A stretch of DNA of 64,000 nucleotides from Squalus acanthias (Eukaryota). The notes under the pieces were generated by a model. It was not told the DNA's origin. It made no database searches and worked only from the letters and a program-made list of their open reading frames with translations. Every line of letters begins with the position of its first letter. Within the stretch, counting starts at the first letter, position 1. The stretch spans positions 112,160,001 through 112,224,000 of the forward strand of contig CM059431.1 of assembly GCA_030390025.1 (NCBI GenBank), in the 5' to 3' direction. The translations under genes were made by a program, and so were the position numbers. Shown piece by piece: positions 37,885 through 51,129 of this stretch.

Positions 37885-39089
37885 ACCTTTGTTTCTTAGT
37901 TGGCCTTTGTAGCATTGGCTTTCCTACTGATCCTCCCCTAACCTCTGATAAGTTTAATGCTACCCCTGTTCCTCTCGGGCCCAAACTGTCCTTACCTTTT
38001 CCCAAACTTGTCAGCATCTTGTATTGTCCTCGGTACTCTGCCAATCTTAATTTCACTGCGTTTCCTTCTACGTCTATCTTGTTCTACTGCTAACAAACAA
38101 AAGTAGGTAGTCAAAATGCGCACGCCTATCTCTGCGTTGTGGGCAGTTTAGCTCGGCTTGGAAAATGTCTGTTCCAGTTAACATTATTTAGGTAAAAGGT
38201 TCGATGTGGATTATAGCCCTGGATTCTGATAGTCTGTGTAAACAAGTGGGAGCTTCCCGAATGCAATTGTTTGATGTCGGTGTGTTTATACTTGTGACTA
38301 AATTCTGGCGGCCCTTAAAATAGGGAGTACAAAGCCTAGGGTAAGGCAGTGTGTACAGGCACAGAGAATAAATAGCAGGACGGGCTCATGTTTTTGCAGC
38401 AACTTCAAAGCCTCTTTTTATGTTTCCAAACAATGCATTATTGTCCTTGTTGCTGTAATGCTCAAATTCTTTTTGAATTACTCAGATCTGATCCTTTGAA
38501 ATTACAACTTTTTTTTATTGTTAGTAAATTGACCGGAAATCTACGAATTTATCATCAAAGCGCTAATGATATATTTACTGGCTCAGATACAGCAGTAGAT
38601 CCACTGACAGTAAACTGAGGTGTCCAAATCCCGATTGTTTTTGTAATGATCTCGGGTCAACGAGCTGGAATTGGCTTTCTTGATCTCGATGAATTAGTCC
38701 GACAACGCTTATGCCGACAGTAAGCAACGAAAAACATGGAGAGGTCCAAGAAATCAAGACACCCCTGCATCGTGGTAGCAGAATTTGGCCTCGCGGTAAA
38801 GCATTTCAAGCTTAAAAGAAGTCGCTGTGTGAAGATAATAGCCGAAACCATCAAACTCAGAGCTGGCTGGGAGCAGAAAGCTACCATTGTAAATGCACTC
38901 CCTAAAACAAAGGGATTGGATTACCGAGAGAAATGTTAAAAAAAATATCAAAAAGGTGGCTCAAAGAAAGTTAGGTCCCCATTTTAAAGCGTAGGGGGAG
39001 GGGTGGGAAATTGGGGGTGGGGATGAGGTGAGAGGGGGAGAGGCAGGTACAGTACACGTGAGCCCCGAAGCGGGCGATGAATCCGGGGA

Positions 39090-40052
39090 ATCTGTTTTCG
39101 CCCCCAACGGGGTCGACGTCGCTGACGGCCACGCCGCCCACCACCTGCTGCCCAATGAGTCACAGCACTCGCTCCTCAAGGTCTGAGAGCTGCTGGAGCT
39201 GCACATCACCCCCGCCTGTTCTCTGCTGCTCCCTCCTATTGTGGGCCATCTTGGCCTGCAAGAGAAACAAATGTGTTTGAGTCAGAGTCCAGATATGTGT
39301 TTGGGAGATATGGCTGCCGTCGTCGAATAGCTGTGATTGTAGGCAAGGCGTGAGATGTGGATGTGAGTTTGAGTAGGTGAAGATGTTTGGTGGGTGAGTG
39401 GTGGCGGTGTGGTTCTTTGCACAGTGTGCACAGACTGAGGTTCAGATGCTGGTATGTAGGACCTGTTGAAGCACATACTCACCCTGACCACCCGAGTGAG
39501 GTCGTTGAATTTCTTCCGGCACTGTGTCAGGCTGCGTTCCACCACACTGCTGGCCGAGACCTCCTGAGTCACTTCCCTCCACATTGCCCTGAACACCTGA
39601 GGCGATGTCCTCCTTCCAGTGGCCGGGAACAGCACTGCCCTCCTTCGCTCCACTCTAGCCACCAATGCCATGTCTGCGAACCGACGAGCTCTCTCCCTGG
39701 GATTGGGAACAGCCATAGCCATCAGGGGATTCACTTGCTCGCAGGTCACCTCAAAGCCAGCAATGCTGAAAATGAGCATCTGCACAATGATGCAAACTCC
39801 CCTTTAAGATCTGGAAGGAACCAATGTGAAGGATCATTGCTGAATGCATTGCACCTGAAATTCAATAGTGCTGTGCTGGTAGTGCCCCTGTAGCACCCCA
39901 CTGAGGTCATTATCACTTGATTTAGCACCCCACCTCCTTCCTGAGGCGCTAACAACCAATTTAGTAGAAGTTCAGAATCCTTAGCCTGGTGCTAAATTTT
40001 CAAAATTTCAAAAGTTAGCGCCCCAAACAGGGCGACACCCAATTTCACCCCC
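39090..40052 (-). mobile_element. Harbinger copy 3, right half only (SANT exon 1, intron, part of exon 2)
   Basis: RERARRFAD..WREVTQEV..TQCRKKFNDLTRVVR; terminus aatttcaccccc; similar to 33960-34736. Confidence 0.88.
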
Positions 40053-40157
40053 AAAGTGTTTAAATGAAATGTTCTCAGCTTATATTGTTTTAGTTGTGTT
40101 TCTCCTTTTATTTGTCAATCTGTAGATGCAGTGATACCTCACAGAGTATCTTGGGGA

Positions 40158-40390
40158 AGGCGCCGAACACCTTGAGTCTCTTCGCCGGGAGCAAGCGGAA
40201 GCTAAGCGCAGGCAGCGCAAGGAGCGCATGTCAACCCAAGCACCCCACCCACCTGCCCCTTCAACCACCGTCTACCCCACCTGTGACAGAGACTGTAGAT
40301 CTCGCATTGGACTCATTAGTCACCTGAGAACTCATTTTTAGCGTGGAAGCAAGTCATCCTCGGTTCCGAGGGACTGCCTAAGAAGAGAAG
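40158..40390 (+). mobile_element. RTE (BovB-like) LINE 3' end
   Basis: Codons PTCDRDCRSRIGLISHLRTHF (C-terminal zinc-finger type); flanking direct repeat atcttgggga at 40148-57 and 40391-400. Confidence 0.8.
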
Positions 40391-42084
40391 ATCTTGGGGA
40401 GAGGAGGGGAGGCTGAAAACAGTCTTTATAACACCAGCATGGAGGCTACAGTTTGGTGACTGCCTCACAGTCCTGTGTCACTTGAACTTTTTATTGGATA
40501 TCGCGTCTGCTCAGACACATACGTCAAGCGTATAGCTGGAGCAGGAATCCAGGCCCAAGGCATGCACAATGACGTAAGCAAGCACCTGATTTGGAAACAA
40601 TACCTGAGCTAATAGATCTAGCATCTTTCAGCAGAAAAAAATCGTTTCGAAGTGCAAGTGGCTGAAAAAAGTAGGCATTTTCACAACTATGTGGTCTCAC
40701 CCAGACTGCCATAGCGGACCTACAAAGCAGCACATAGGTAGGCATAGTTGGTCTATATGGAACTGTGCAGTCTGGTATGACAGACCTGCAATAACATGCA
40801 TGGTAGGTGCTTGTAGATCACATTTGGGAAAAAAAATCAAGATACTACTTTGGCAAGGCTAACATTCAGGATGCACAACACAGCCCTGCTTTTAACCTAA
40901 CCCATAATGGAGCATAACGTTGGGCGGAGTGTAAAACGAGCTTCTGACCTGAAATGTTGAAATTGTGGAGTACAGATGCTGTGACTCCTGTGTTAATAAG
41001 TATTTTGTGTTGGGAGACTCTTCTTTATATATAGTCCAAATGAGAAACTATTTGCTTTAAAAAAAACCGCTTATACTTGCCTACACTTAAGTGTGACAGA
41101 GAAAGTGTGACATCCAGGATATGCAAGAACAGGTCTTTTTTCCATTATATTTGCTGATATCCCATGACATTGCTCGTAGTGAGTCAGACATTTTATAAGT
41201 ATAGGTCTATTATGCCAGGTAGTATTATTAGAGACACTGATTAATCAACGTTGCAGGCAGCCCCGCAGTCTGGTAATATTAGTGGATGAGAGGCTAGTAG
41301 TCTTGGGGGGAGGTTTACTGAGATCTGGCTGTATTGGGGGAAGGCGGGGAGGAGAGTGAGATTTGGACCAGCAGGTGTTCCACGCCCCCACATTCCTGCC
41401 TTTCAGCCTCCTCCCTTGATCCAACTGTGGCCATCTATTGGCTGCGGTGTACCCACCACTCTTTGCCCATCATTGGCCAGTTCCTACCTTTTAAGTCCTT
41501 ACCTTAAAGTATAAAGGGCACTATTAGGAAGTTTGCTGGCTTATGCATTCTTTATTAACCATAAACCTCCACAACCACACAAATGTGACCTCATAAACAG
41601 CTCAAAGGTTCATCGTTTATACAGTTTTCACGTTTTAGTAAAAAAGAAAACCTCAAAATGGTTTGCTGTATTTCTCGGAACAGAAAGATTCTTTAACTGA
41701 ATTTGGAGCCAAAATTAAGATGGAACCCTTTGCAGTAATTGAGGTGGACAGCAGCTAATCAGCAGCAACTCAATACAGGAAACTCTTGTTTAACCGGCAC
41801 CTAAATATCCGGAATTCTCGCTTAACCGGCAAAAATTATCCTCCGAAAACTCCTCTCAAATAACCGGCAATGTTGCCGAGTCCGAGTCCGAGTCTCCCGC
41901 GAACGCCGAGTACTCCGAAAACTCCTCTCAAATAACCGGCAATGTTGCCGAGTCTGAGTCCGAGTCCGAGCCCGAGCCCGCGAACGCCGATTTAGTCAGT
42001 AGGGGTAGTTTTCAAAAGTGCCACTACTCGGCCTCCTGGCGCTGTCAGAAGTCCGAACACTGCAGTAGCAGGAGTCTGATTCTC

Positions 42085-42380
42085 CCGCGCTGCCGGGAGT
42101 CTCTTCTGATCGGCCATTTTGCTGTGTGTCTCCCGCGCTGCTGGTAGTCTCTTCTGATACACCATTTTACTGTGTGTCTCCCACGCTGCTGGTACTGTAG
42201 TCTCTTCTGATACACCATTTTACTGTGTGTCTCCCACGCTGCTGGTACTGTAGTCTCTTCTGATACACCATTTTACTGTGTGTCTCCCACGCTGCTGGTA
42301 GTCTCTTCTGATACACCATTTTACTGTGTGTCTCCCACGCTGCTGGTAGTCTCTTCCTAGCCACCATTGTTCTGTGTGTC
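42085..42380 (+). repeat. 48/53-bp tandem repeat (about 6 copies) in the Tigger 5' region
   Basis: Unit gctgctggta(ctgta)gtctcttctgatacaccattttactgtgtgtctcccac. Confidence 0.9.
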
Positions 42381-42420
42381 TTTCCATCTTCATCGGCAAT
42401 TATCTCCTCCATCTTGCATT

Positions 42421-44187
42421 ATGGAATTCCCAAAAGCTGGTCCAAGCAAAAGGAAGAGAGTGGTCTTAACTTTAAAACAGAAAATCGAGATATGCCAACG
42501 ACTAGAAAGGAGAGAGAAGCGTATCAACATTATGAATGAATTCAAAATCGGTTCGTCAACAATCTACGACATCAAATCGCAGAAGGATAAGCTGCTCAAG
42601 TTTTATTCAAGCTCGGAGACATCTAAGAGTGTAGCGAAACGGCGTATGCTTCGTAAGCCTAAGCTTGAAGAGCTGGATACCGTGCTTTATGAATGGTTTT
42701 CTCTTAAGCGTTCAGAGGGTGTTCCAATTTCCGGACCCATGCTAATCGAGAAAGCGAAGGATTTCTATGAAAGGATGGAGCTCACTGACAAGTGTGCTTT
42801 CTCCGAGGGATGGTTAACGTGCTTCAAGTTACGGCACGGGATACGACGACTCGATATTTCCGGGGAGAAGAAATCAGCTGATCACGACGCCGCAGAAGAA
42901 TACTGCGATTATTTCAATCGGATTGTGCAGCAACATGATTTGTCGCCAGCACAGATATACAATGCCGATGAAACTGGCTTGTTTTGGAGGTTTTTGCTAG
43001 AATCAACGCTTGCTGGGGCTAGTGAGGCTAATGCTTCAGGTTACAAGAAAAATAAAGATCGTGTAACCGTGCTAACATGTGCGAACGCTGCTGGATCACA
43101 CCGGGTTAAACTTCTTGTTATCGGGAAGTATAAAAATCCCCGTGCATTTAAAAATGTGAGGCACTTACCTGTTGAGTACAAAGCTCAAAGAAATGCTTGG
43201 ATGGATAAGGAAATCTTCTCCGATTGGTTCCATCATATTTTTGTTCCATCTGTGAGGGAACATTTCCGTAAAATAGGGAAACCTGAAGATAGCAAATGCA
43301 TTTTATTGCTTGATAATTGTAGAGCCCATCCGCATGAATCCGAGTTGGTTTCGGGAAATATTTTCACCATTTATTTGCCACCAAATGTAACTTCTCTCAT
43401 CCAACCCATGGACCAGGGCGTTATCCAAAATCTGAAGTGTCATTACAAGAAAGACTTCCTACGTAAACTGATAAGCCAAGATGACAATATTCAAGAATTT
43501 CAGAAGGAATACAATATTAAAGATGCCATCTATAATGTTGCATGTTCCTGGAAATTGGTGAAAGGTCACACTCTGAGGCAAGCCTGGCGCAAATTGTGGC
43601 CTTCTGTAATGTTTGCTGAAGGTTCTTCTTCAGAGGAGGAATTTCATGGGTTCAATGTTCGTCCCAAGAAGAGTACAATAATGGAAATGGCTGGCATGGT
43701 GAAAAATGTAGGCCCAGCAAACCCTTTACATCACCTCAGTGAAAGTGATATCGAGCAGTGGGTTGATGCAGATAGAGAAGTTGGTGTTGTGCATATGCTA
43801 AGTGATGATGAAATAATTGAGAATGTTTTGAATCCAAAGAAAGAAAAGGAAAGTGAGATGGAAAGTGAAGAGGATGATATTTCTGAAGAAGAGAAGATTT
43901 CTTGGGCTAAAGCTGCAGAAGGATTATCTTCATTCCTCAAATTTGCTGAAAGGCAGACTTGCTACTCTGCCCAAGAAGTTATGCAACTCCATATTCTGCA
44001 TTCCACCTTTCTACAGAAAAGGCAAGAGTCCACTAAGCAAACCGACATCCGCAACATGTTTAAAAAAGCTTCCAAAAGAGTCGCAGCAGTGGAAGTGCCT
44101 GAAGAATCTGTGGCATCTGTGGAACTGTGTGATCCTGATGACCCAGCTGGCACGGATATTTCTGATGAACCAGATGACTCGGAATAA
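42421..44187 (+). CDS. Tigger/pogo transposase (CENP-B-type HTH plus DDE_1, DD32D), 588 aa from ATG 42421
   Basis: [49 protein letters not shown]; no stops. Confidence 0.93.
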   Translation: MEFPKAGPSKRKRVVLTLKQKIEICQRLERREKRINIMNEFKIGSSTIYDIKSQKDKLLKFYSSSETSKSVAKRRMLRKPKLEELDTVLYEWFSLKRSEGVPISGPMLIEKAKDFYERMELTDKCAFSEGWLTCFKLRHGIRRLDISGEKKSADHDAAEEYCDYFNRIVQQHDLSPAQIYNADETGLFWRFLLESTLAGASEANASGYKKNKDRVTVLTCANAAGSHRVKLLVIGKYKNPRAFKNVRHLPVEYKAQRNAWMDKEIFSDWFHHIFVPSVREHFRKIGKPEDSKCILLLDNCRAHPHESELVSGNIFTIYLPPNVTSLIQPMDQGVIQNLKCHYKKDFLRKLISQDDNIQEFQKEYNIKDAIYNVACSWKLVKGHTLRQAWRKLWPSVMFAEGSSSEEEFHGFNVRPKKSTIMEMAGMVKNVGPANPLHHLSESDIEQWVDADREVGVVHMLSDDEIIENVLNPKKEKESEMESEEDDISEEEKISWAKAAEGLSSFLKFAERQTCYSAQEVMQLHILHSTFLQKRQESTKQTDIRNMFKKASKRVAAVEVPEESVASVELCDPDDPAGTDISDEPDDSE

Positions 44188-44739
44188 GTGTACAGTCAAC
44201 TACAGTACTGTATACAGTCGTTTATAAGTTTTGTTTTACTGTTAAGTAATTAAAGAGTTATGGATTACCCTCAACTGGCAGTACTGTACTTAATCAAGCA
44301 TCTTCCACCATCCATTTAACACAACATTCTGTAGGTGAGTACCCAAATACTGTATACTGCACATTTCTTGATTTTTTTATTTTTCTTTGTTAAAAATAGC
44401 CTCGGTAGATATAACTCTCCGTTATCCGGAACTTTCGATCAACCGGCACCACGCCGGTCCCGTCGGTGCCGGTTAATAAAGAGTTTCCTGTAATTCAAAT
44501 TAATCTTCCAGCAAAGTTTAAGTTACTTTGGCAATAAGCACATTGAAATTCTCTTCAGAAAAGGAACATCTGCAAAGCGCTCATGCTGAGAATCTATAGA
44601 TGTTCTGTGGAAGCCTAGGATTTTGAGAATGAACTGAGGCTTTAAAGTAAAAATGTTAATGAGGGTATTAAAGACCCAAAAGCAAATTCAATGGATAAAT
44701 GTGTTATTATGAAATTTGTATTTTTGATTTTATTTTGTA

Positions 44740-45503
44740 TAAAACTGCCTGACTAATGTGGCAAAAGTCACCAGATTCTGTCTGGTAAGATCCAGTCACA
44801 AAGACCTTGACTGGTACAGACAATGATGTTCTAGTGGAAGTGGGCTGCAGGTTTTGAGCCAGCAGTTGACATGTCTCTCCAGTGGACTCCAGGGAGAAGC
44901 CCAGCCCAGCCTTCTTAAGCACTGACGGTCAGAAAAGTCTAAGGAAGACCTTCTTCGTCTGTAGATCTTGTGTGTGTAGGAAAGAAATCTCTTCTGTGAT
45001 GCTTCCCCCTAAGAGCCTCCAATCTGGTCTCTTCCATTTCTTCCTGCTCCTTCTCTTCAGAACAAAGGAATAGTCCAAAACTGTACTTTTAACATAGCTG
45101 ATTCAAAGTAGCAGCAAAAGTCCTGACAGAGCCTCCAAAGTATCGAACAGATTGAGTTCAGGCAAAGTAACACCAGCCTTCAGTTGCAGCAAGCACAATG
45201 GTCTCATCCAAGCAGTAGCTACCTCTGAGATACCATATTGATGCTCCCACGTGGCAGTAATTATTTGGGGCAGTTTTGGGGCAAAAGTTGGGTAAAATTG
45301 GTCGGAGGCTTTAGCCATGCCCCATTGGACCCCATTTAAGTGTGGCAGAGAGGGCTCCGAGTGGGCTTTCAAGGGGACAGGCTATATTTGGTAGGAAAAT
45401 TCTGGTGTTAGACAAATGTTTTTAAGGCTGCATGCATTACTATTTCATTTTACAACACCTAACGCCCCAAAATGGATGGTAATTCACAGGAAAACCCAGT
45501 CCC
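44740..45503 (-). mobile_element. Old Harbinger remnant (transposase N-terminal fragment)
   Basis: ETCQLLAQNLQPTSTRTSLSVPVKV..GSYQTESGDFCHISQ aligns by eye with ELCHLLQPDLQP..ALPVAVKL..GSFQSAAGDIANISQ. Confidence 0.6.
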
Positions 45504-46689
45504 TAGTGTGCAATTGCCTTTTACAAAATCTGCTGATTTAAATCCACAAGTAGTCGAGGCAGAAATCAGCTTCATTTATTGAGTGATCTTCCTTCCAGGT
45601 TTTTAATCATTTTGTTTGCTTCATTTAATAATTAATGGGGACTGAAGAAAATATAAAAATCATGCACGTGCAGAAAATGATTGATGTGACAAAGCTCCAA
45701 TGACCTTTGATCTTTTTAGGGTCTAAGTCTATACGGAGCACATAGTGAAACTGCCAGCTTCCAGTTCTTATGCATGCATATTTTAGATGAGTTTAGACTG
45801 TATGCCTTTGATCAACTGTGCTAACAATTAGTGAGCGTGAGCAAGGTTCAGATTTGATCTGAACTCAGAGATTTGGAAATTTCACTTTGAACTCATTCAT
45901 TGCCATCTGTTGTAATGCAAACTCATCATTTCTCATTTACTTGAAGCCACAGCTTTTCTCAAGCTGTTTTGGTGATGTCATGGCACAGCCATTTCATAAA
46001 TCACTTACATTGGTTATCGTACGGCGACTACAATTTATAGGGTTGTACATAAAACAATTATAGCAGCCTGGGAATGATTAGCAAATGCTGTCGAGGGTGG
46101 TTCAGCGGTCTCCAAGCTCTGAGCACTGAAGTGGGTGAGACTTTTGCTGTACTGCATGATTGTTTCCCCCAAAAATACAAATGACTCTCACAGGAGAAAC
46201 ATTTAGACTCAGAGACTCTGGTTTCAGACATGTAACAGATGAGGGAGTTTGGAAAAGTTTTTTTTAAAAAAAACATTAAGACCACAGAACACTATGTGCA
46301 ATAAATCTCAACTTTGTTAGAGACAAACTTTCAAAATAGTCGTGAGGTATTGCATGTTTATTCGGTGAAAATGTGTTCCAATTGCTGCTTTTAACCCTTG
46401 GAAGTAGAGGGTAGATTTTACAAACTCCTGGTCCTTGGCGCTGGTAGCGCACATTGGGAATTTGGGCAGAGAGATCAGGGGATTTTCCATTCATTGATAG
46501 ATAGATTTTAATATGTCTACTCTATCCTTGGATGTACATGTAATGTCTGGTTACAGCAAACCATTTAACTCCTGCTGTTCTCAGTGGGACCATTGCACAA
46601 CCTTTATTGGTATATCTACAACACTCACACACACACATGATATGAATATGTATATATATTTAGATATGTGGGGAAGTTACTATAATTTG

Positions 46690-46840
46690 TCATTAGGGAC
46701 AGAGTGACTAAACACTTGAACAAATATGAGCTGATCAGAGAGAACATAGCTTTGTTAAGGGTAAGTCATGTCTGACTAATCGAGTTGAATTTTTTGAGGT
46801 GGCTAATAAATAGGAAGATAAGGGAGTATCTATGGATAAT
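46690..46840 (+). mobile_element. Old CR1 RT fragment
   Basis: FVKGKSCLTN.VEFFE codons. Confidence 0.6.
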
Positions 46841-47063
46841 GGCCTGGATTTTGTGGTCAGCGGCAATCAAAGGGTGCTCGCCATTCATCACACTGACACT
46901 TGTCCGCAGACTATCTATGGGCTTTTGCACTGGAACTTGCAGTGATTAGAAATCCATTTCAGCACGTTGCCCTCTACAGGGGATCTGGGACCTGAGTGAA
47001 CACGGCAAGCAATGGTGTATCTCCTTAACAAATCAGACTAAAGAATCTTTACTGAGGCACTCA

Positions 47064-47365
47064 GGGGGTAAAATTGGGTCGCGCCCCCTTTGGGGCGCTA
47101 ACTTTGCCGGGGTGCTACCCCGATAGGTCAGGGGGTGCGAGCGAAGTTTGTGGCCGGGGCGCGAGCGGGGTGCTGCGCACGGCGATGACGTCATCGCCGG
47201 AGATGCAGCGCCGGGGGGCGCTAATGGCTACCACCGCCGCTAACCTCCCGCTGAATTTTGCGGGAGGCATTAGCGGCGCCACGCCCAGGCGCTAGGTGCT
47301 TTGCGCCCCGTTAGCGTCCCCTCAGGGCGCTAACGGGAGGCGCAAAGCAACCCAATTTTTCCCCC
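47064..47365. mobile_element. 302-bp Harbinger MITE related to B2, nested in an older MITE starting near 46841
   Basis: TIRs gggggtaaaattgggt / acccaatttttccccc; duplication TCA. Confidence 0.88.
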
Positions 47366-48315
47366 TCAAGAGTCTAAATCAGGAAGTGTAAGTTAGAATA
47401 GTTAATTCAACATAAGATCATGTACAGAAAGTGACATAAAGAGAGGGAAAGAAAGGTGATTAAGAGGATTTGTATTTGATCAGTTTAGAGTACTTAGGAA
47501 AGCACACGGAGCTGGAGGAAGCTGGCATTTCTTGCTTCAAATGTCCTATTTTCCCATTCTGTATCTCCTTTTAACATATTCTGGTAAAGTGACTCACTTC
47601 CAATTCTGACATCATACAGTGCTTAATATAAATTTCAGTTGGTGGCAAACTAGAAAAGAATTCAGAGCTTATAAATGTGCTTTTTATTGCAGTATTAATG
47701 AGCTCTCCTGTGCATATTTCTGCCATGGTAGTTTAATAAAGGTACTTCAGTTGTCATCTTGCCCCAAGCTTTATATTGCGGTCTATTTTTCTCTGGTCTT
47801 AACTACTATACCTTGAGTACTGTTTAAATTATTTAAATTCCAATATTTTCCATGCTTCCAGGAAGTTCAGCTTGTATTTCCCCCAGATCTTCTGGTGTGC
47901 TCCTCTTGCAGATGCCTAACCCGCAAGCTAAACCTGTCACCATAATGGTCGGAATTTTCCCTAAAATAAATGGGTGGGTGTGGAGCGTGGGTGCATGGGG
48001 TCTTTTACATCCAGCTGAGAGGGCAGGCAGGGCCTTGGTTTAACGTCTCATCCGATTTAGCACGATACGTGTCACATGACTATGCTAATATAATATTCTC
48101 ATTCTGAGTGAGTAGAGGAGAAGGCTCCTCCTGACAGCAGGGATTTAGGAGCAGACAAAGCAAGGGGAGTGGAATGTCTTTGTTTTAATCATAACTCGCT
48201 TATTTTATTCTCCATGTGTCAGAGTCCAATTAAAAAAAAACACAGCACCACATGATAGCAGCTGGTGTACTTTTACATTTACAGTGTATATGTGAGAGAG
48301 GCCTAAAAAAACACT

Positions 48316-49122
48316 GGGGGCGATTTTGACAGCCCTGGGGAGGTGGGTATGGAGGTGGGACTGCCGGGAAAATGGCAGAATTTGGGGGCGGGTGCCCAAC
48401 CCGCCTCCATGTCATCTTGACAGGAGGTGGGTAGCCGTCCCATGCCGGGTCCCGTCTCCTTGGAGGCGGGAAGGGATTAAAGCCAATTAACTGCCTGTTA
48501 ACAGGTAGTTAACAGGCAGAAAATAGGATTATCCCCTTTTTGCCATTACAAGTGCGGGCTTCCCAAAGGTTCCGAAACCCGCCAGGTCAACGAGGCGAGT
48601 AGTGGGTCTGCGGGGGTCGGGGGGAGGCAAAAGTGTGCTGTGAAGGTGAGTGATGGGTGCAAGAGTGGAGAGGTGAGTATCTGAGGTAAGTGCAAAGTGT
48701 TAGAAAAAGTGTACTTACCTTTGTTTCTTCCTGCAAGCTTCAGTCGGTGGGTATGCGGAGAGTCTCGCACCTCCGCAGTAGAGATGACAGATGGCCGTTG
48801 CATTCTCCAATGCAACAACCATCCCATTTCTGCAAAAGAAAGAAAGAAAAAACTACAGAGAATGTCAGTGTTTGACAGCTTCACAGAGCTGTCAAACGAT
48901 GACAATTCATCTGTCAAAAATTTTTGACAGATGAAACGTCATACGTTGACATTCTCTGTAACCGGCTTTCCCTTAATTAGCCTGCTAAGCCCGCTGGGCG
49001 GGCTTAACAAGGTCAACCAAGGGAAAATAGCGTGGGTTGGCCAGAAGTTGATGGAGGCGGGACTGAAACCCGACAAGTGGGAGTCCCGCCTCCAAAAGCT
49101 CCCCATTGGCAAAATCACCCCC
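48316..49122. mobile_element. Harbinger-type MITE family A, copy 3
   Basis: TIRs gggggcgatttt / aaaatcaccccc; ACT on both flanks; homologous to copies 1 and 2. Confidence 0.85.
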
Positions 49123-49544
49123 ACTGAGCCCTTACTGGAGTTCAGTAGAGGCTTTGCCCCGGAAGTGAAGGCAACAGAAAGTGCAACAGTAGGAAAAATA
49201 ACAGCATTTCAATTCAGTGTCTCAGAGAAAGGGAATTTCAAAAAGACTGAAGTGTGGGCTAAATTTAATTAAAGATTTGAGTACCGAAAAGCCTCTTGTT
49301 TACGTGAGAAGGATGATTCAGGTCTGCTTCCTGGTGTATGTGACGGGGAAGGTGAAAAAGATATTTATGCTCATTTAAACTGAGAGAAGACGACTGCTGG
49401 AAAGATTGTGAGGTATCTTGTGGTGCGTAGAAATGTAATTTTTGACAGAGTGGAATTTAGCCACAGAAACCAAGAGGGAAAATTGCAGACAGTTTTATCA
49501 TATCTCTGTATCGGTTAGAATACTGGAAGTATGACACACAACTA

Positions 49545-50080
49545 CTATAACAACAACATGCATTTATAGCATCTTTAACTTAGGAAAATGTCCCAAGATG
49601 CTTCACAGGAGTGTAATCGGACAAAAATTGACACCGAACCAAAGAAGGAGACATTCGGACAGGTGACCAAAAGCTTGGTCAAAGAGGTAGGTTTTAAGAA
49701 GCATCTTAAAGGCGGAGGTAGAGGTAGAGGTTTAAGGAGGGAATTCCAGAGCTTAGGGCCTTGACAGCTGAAGGCATGACCGCCAATGGTGGGGCGAAGG
49801 AAGTTAGAGATGCTCAAGAGGCCAGAATTGGAGGAACACAGAGTTCTCGGAGAGTTGTAGGGCTGGAGGAGGTTACAGAGATAGGGAGGGAGTGAGCCAT
49901 GGATGGATTTGAACACAAGGTTGAGAATTTTAAATTGAAGGCCTTGGTGGACCGGGAACCAATCTAGGTCAACGAGCACAGGGATGATGGGTAAACGGGA
50001 CTTAATGCGAGTTAGGATACGGGCAGTAGAGCTTTGGAAGAGCTCAATTTTATGGAGAGTAGAAGATGGGAGGACAGCAA
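49545..50080 (-). mobile_element. L2 LINE 3' fragment
   Basis: ARILTRIKSR..DWFPV..FKIL; GPKLWNSL; L2 tail. Confidence 0.88.
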
Positions 50081-51129
50081 TAACAAATAACACTAACAAA
50101 TGATTGTGACTGCATTGTAGTTCTGGAGTGAGTGCCAGATCAAACATCTATTTCAATGCGACCAAAGGTGAAAGAGGAAATTGCCAGGTTGGAGAGGTTA
50201 GATGTGATTTCTTGGATAAAAACACCTAGATCTGATGTGATGGTTAAGCTTTAGTCCCAAACTAAGGTAAGTGTAAGTGTGAGAAGCACAACTACAGTGG
50301 GTAGACCAGACTTTAGCCATGTTGGGAAAGGCAGAAGTGTTCTCCCAACATTATGCTATTTCAGGATTTTGGCAAGCATGACTTGCGAAAAGTCTACCCT
50401 GCTAGCCTCTTTTAGTAGATTGTTTGTGTTTACTCAGGCACAGAAAAGATTGGAAACCGTTGTATGCCAGACAGATTATATCCTGGTCTATGGGAAGACC
50501 CAGTGAATGACAACATAAGATGGGAACCTCCAAGATGAAGGACTGAGCAGCAAGATCTTGAGGCTGTTAGGACATTTAATCAGATCAATAGTTCAGGTAG
50601 ACTCTGAAAATATATAAGCAACCACCAACCTTCATCCACCAATGACCACCTCTGAAGTTTTTGATTCCTAGGTATAGAGAATGAGCTAGAAAAGTTCACA
50701 CTACACCTAGGAGAAAATAAAACCACTGTGTGAAGACAATAGGGTAAGATTCATCAATCCACTACACCTAGTGGGGAGCTGAACTCAAAGGGAGTGTGAG
50801 TCGAAGGTAGAGCAAATAATATTGTAGCACTGTTTCTCTGAACTGCACTCCGTTCAAGCACGGTTCCCTGCTTGGAGTGTAGGATCAGTGAATATATCCC
50901 AATATCGGTAGTTGAAAAAGTGCAAGCATCTTGGGAGATAAAGAACTGAGCATTTAACCTACATTAGCACTTGAAGACCCTAAGATGGAGATCATCGTGT
51001 GGCTTTGATGGGTGCATTGTTGCAGAAATCAGAGGAAGGACATTGGCCACTGATAGATACCAATGTGTTGTGAGCAGCACGGAGTGAAGGTGTGCACTTG
51101 TAATCAAAGCTAAGCTCTATTTTGCTACA

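Larger units (their letters stand above)
41776..44490 (+). mobile_element. pogo/Tigger DNA transposon, full length (2715 bp)
   Basis: 26-bp TIRs caggaaactcttgtttaaccggcacc / ggtgccggttaataaagagtttcctg (2 mismatches); TA on both sides. Confidence 0.95.

Noticed and set aside
42085..42412. CRISPR or repeat-protein ORF (WETHSKMVYQKR repeats)
   Set aside because: Translation of a tandem repeat in the Tigger 5' region; no spacers
42367..44187. Host JRKL/TIGD gene, or the 606-aa start at 42367
   Set aside because: Flanked by TIRs and TA; the 42367 start is a non-ATG codon in the repeat region, so ATG 42421 is preferred
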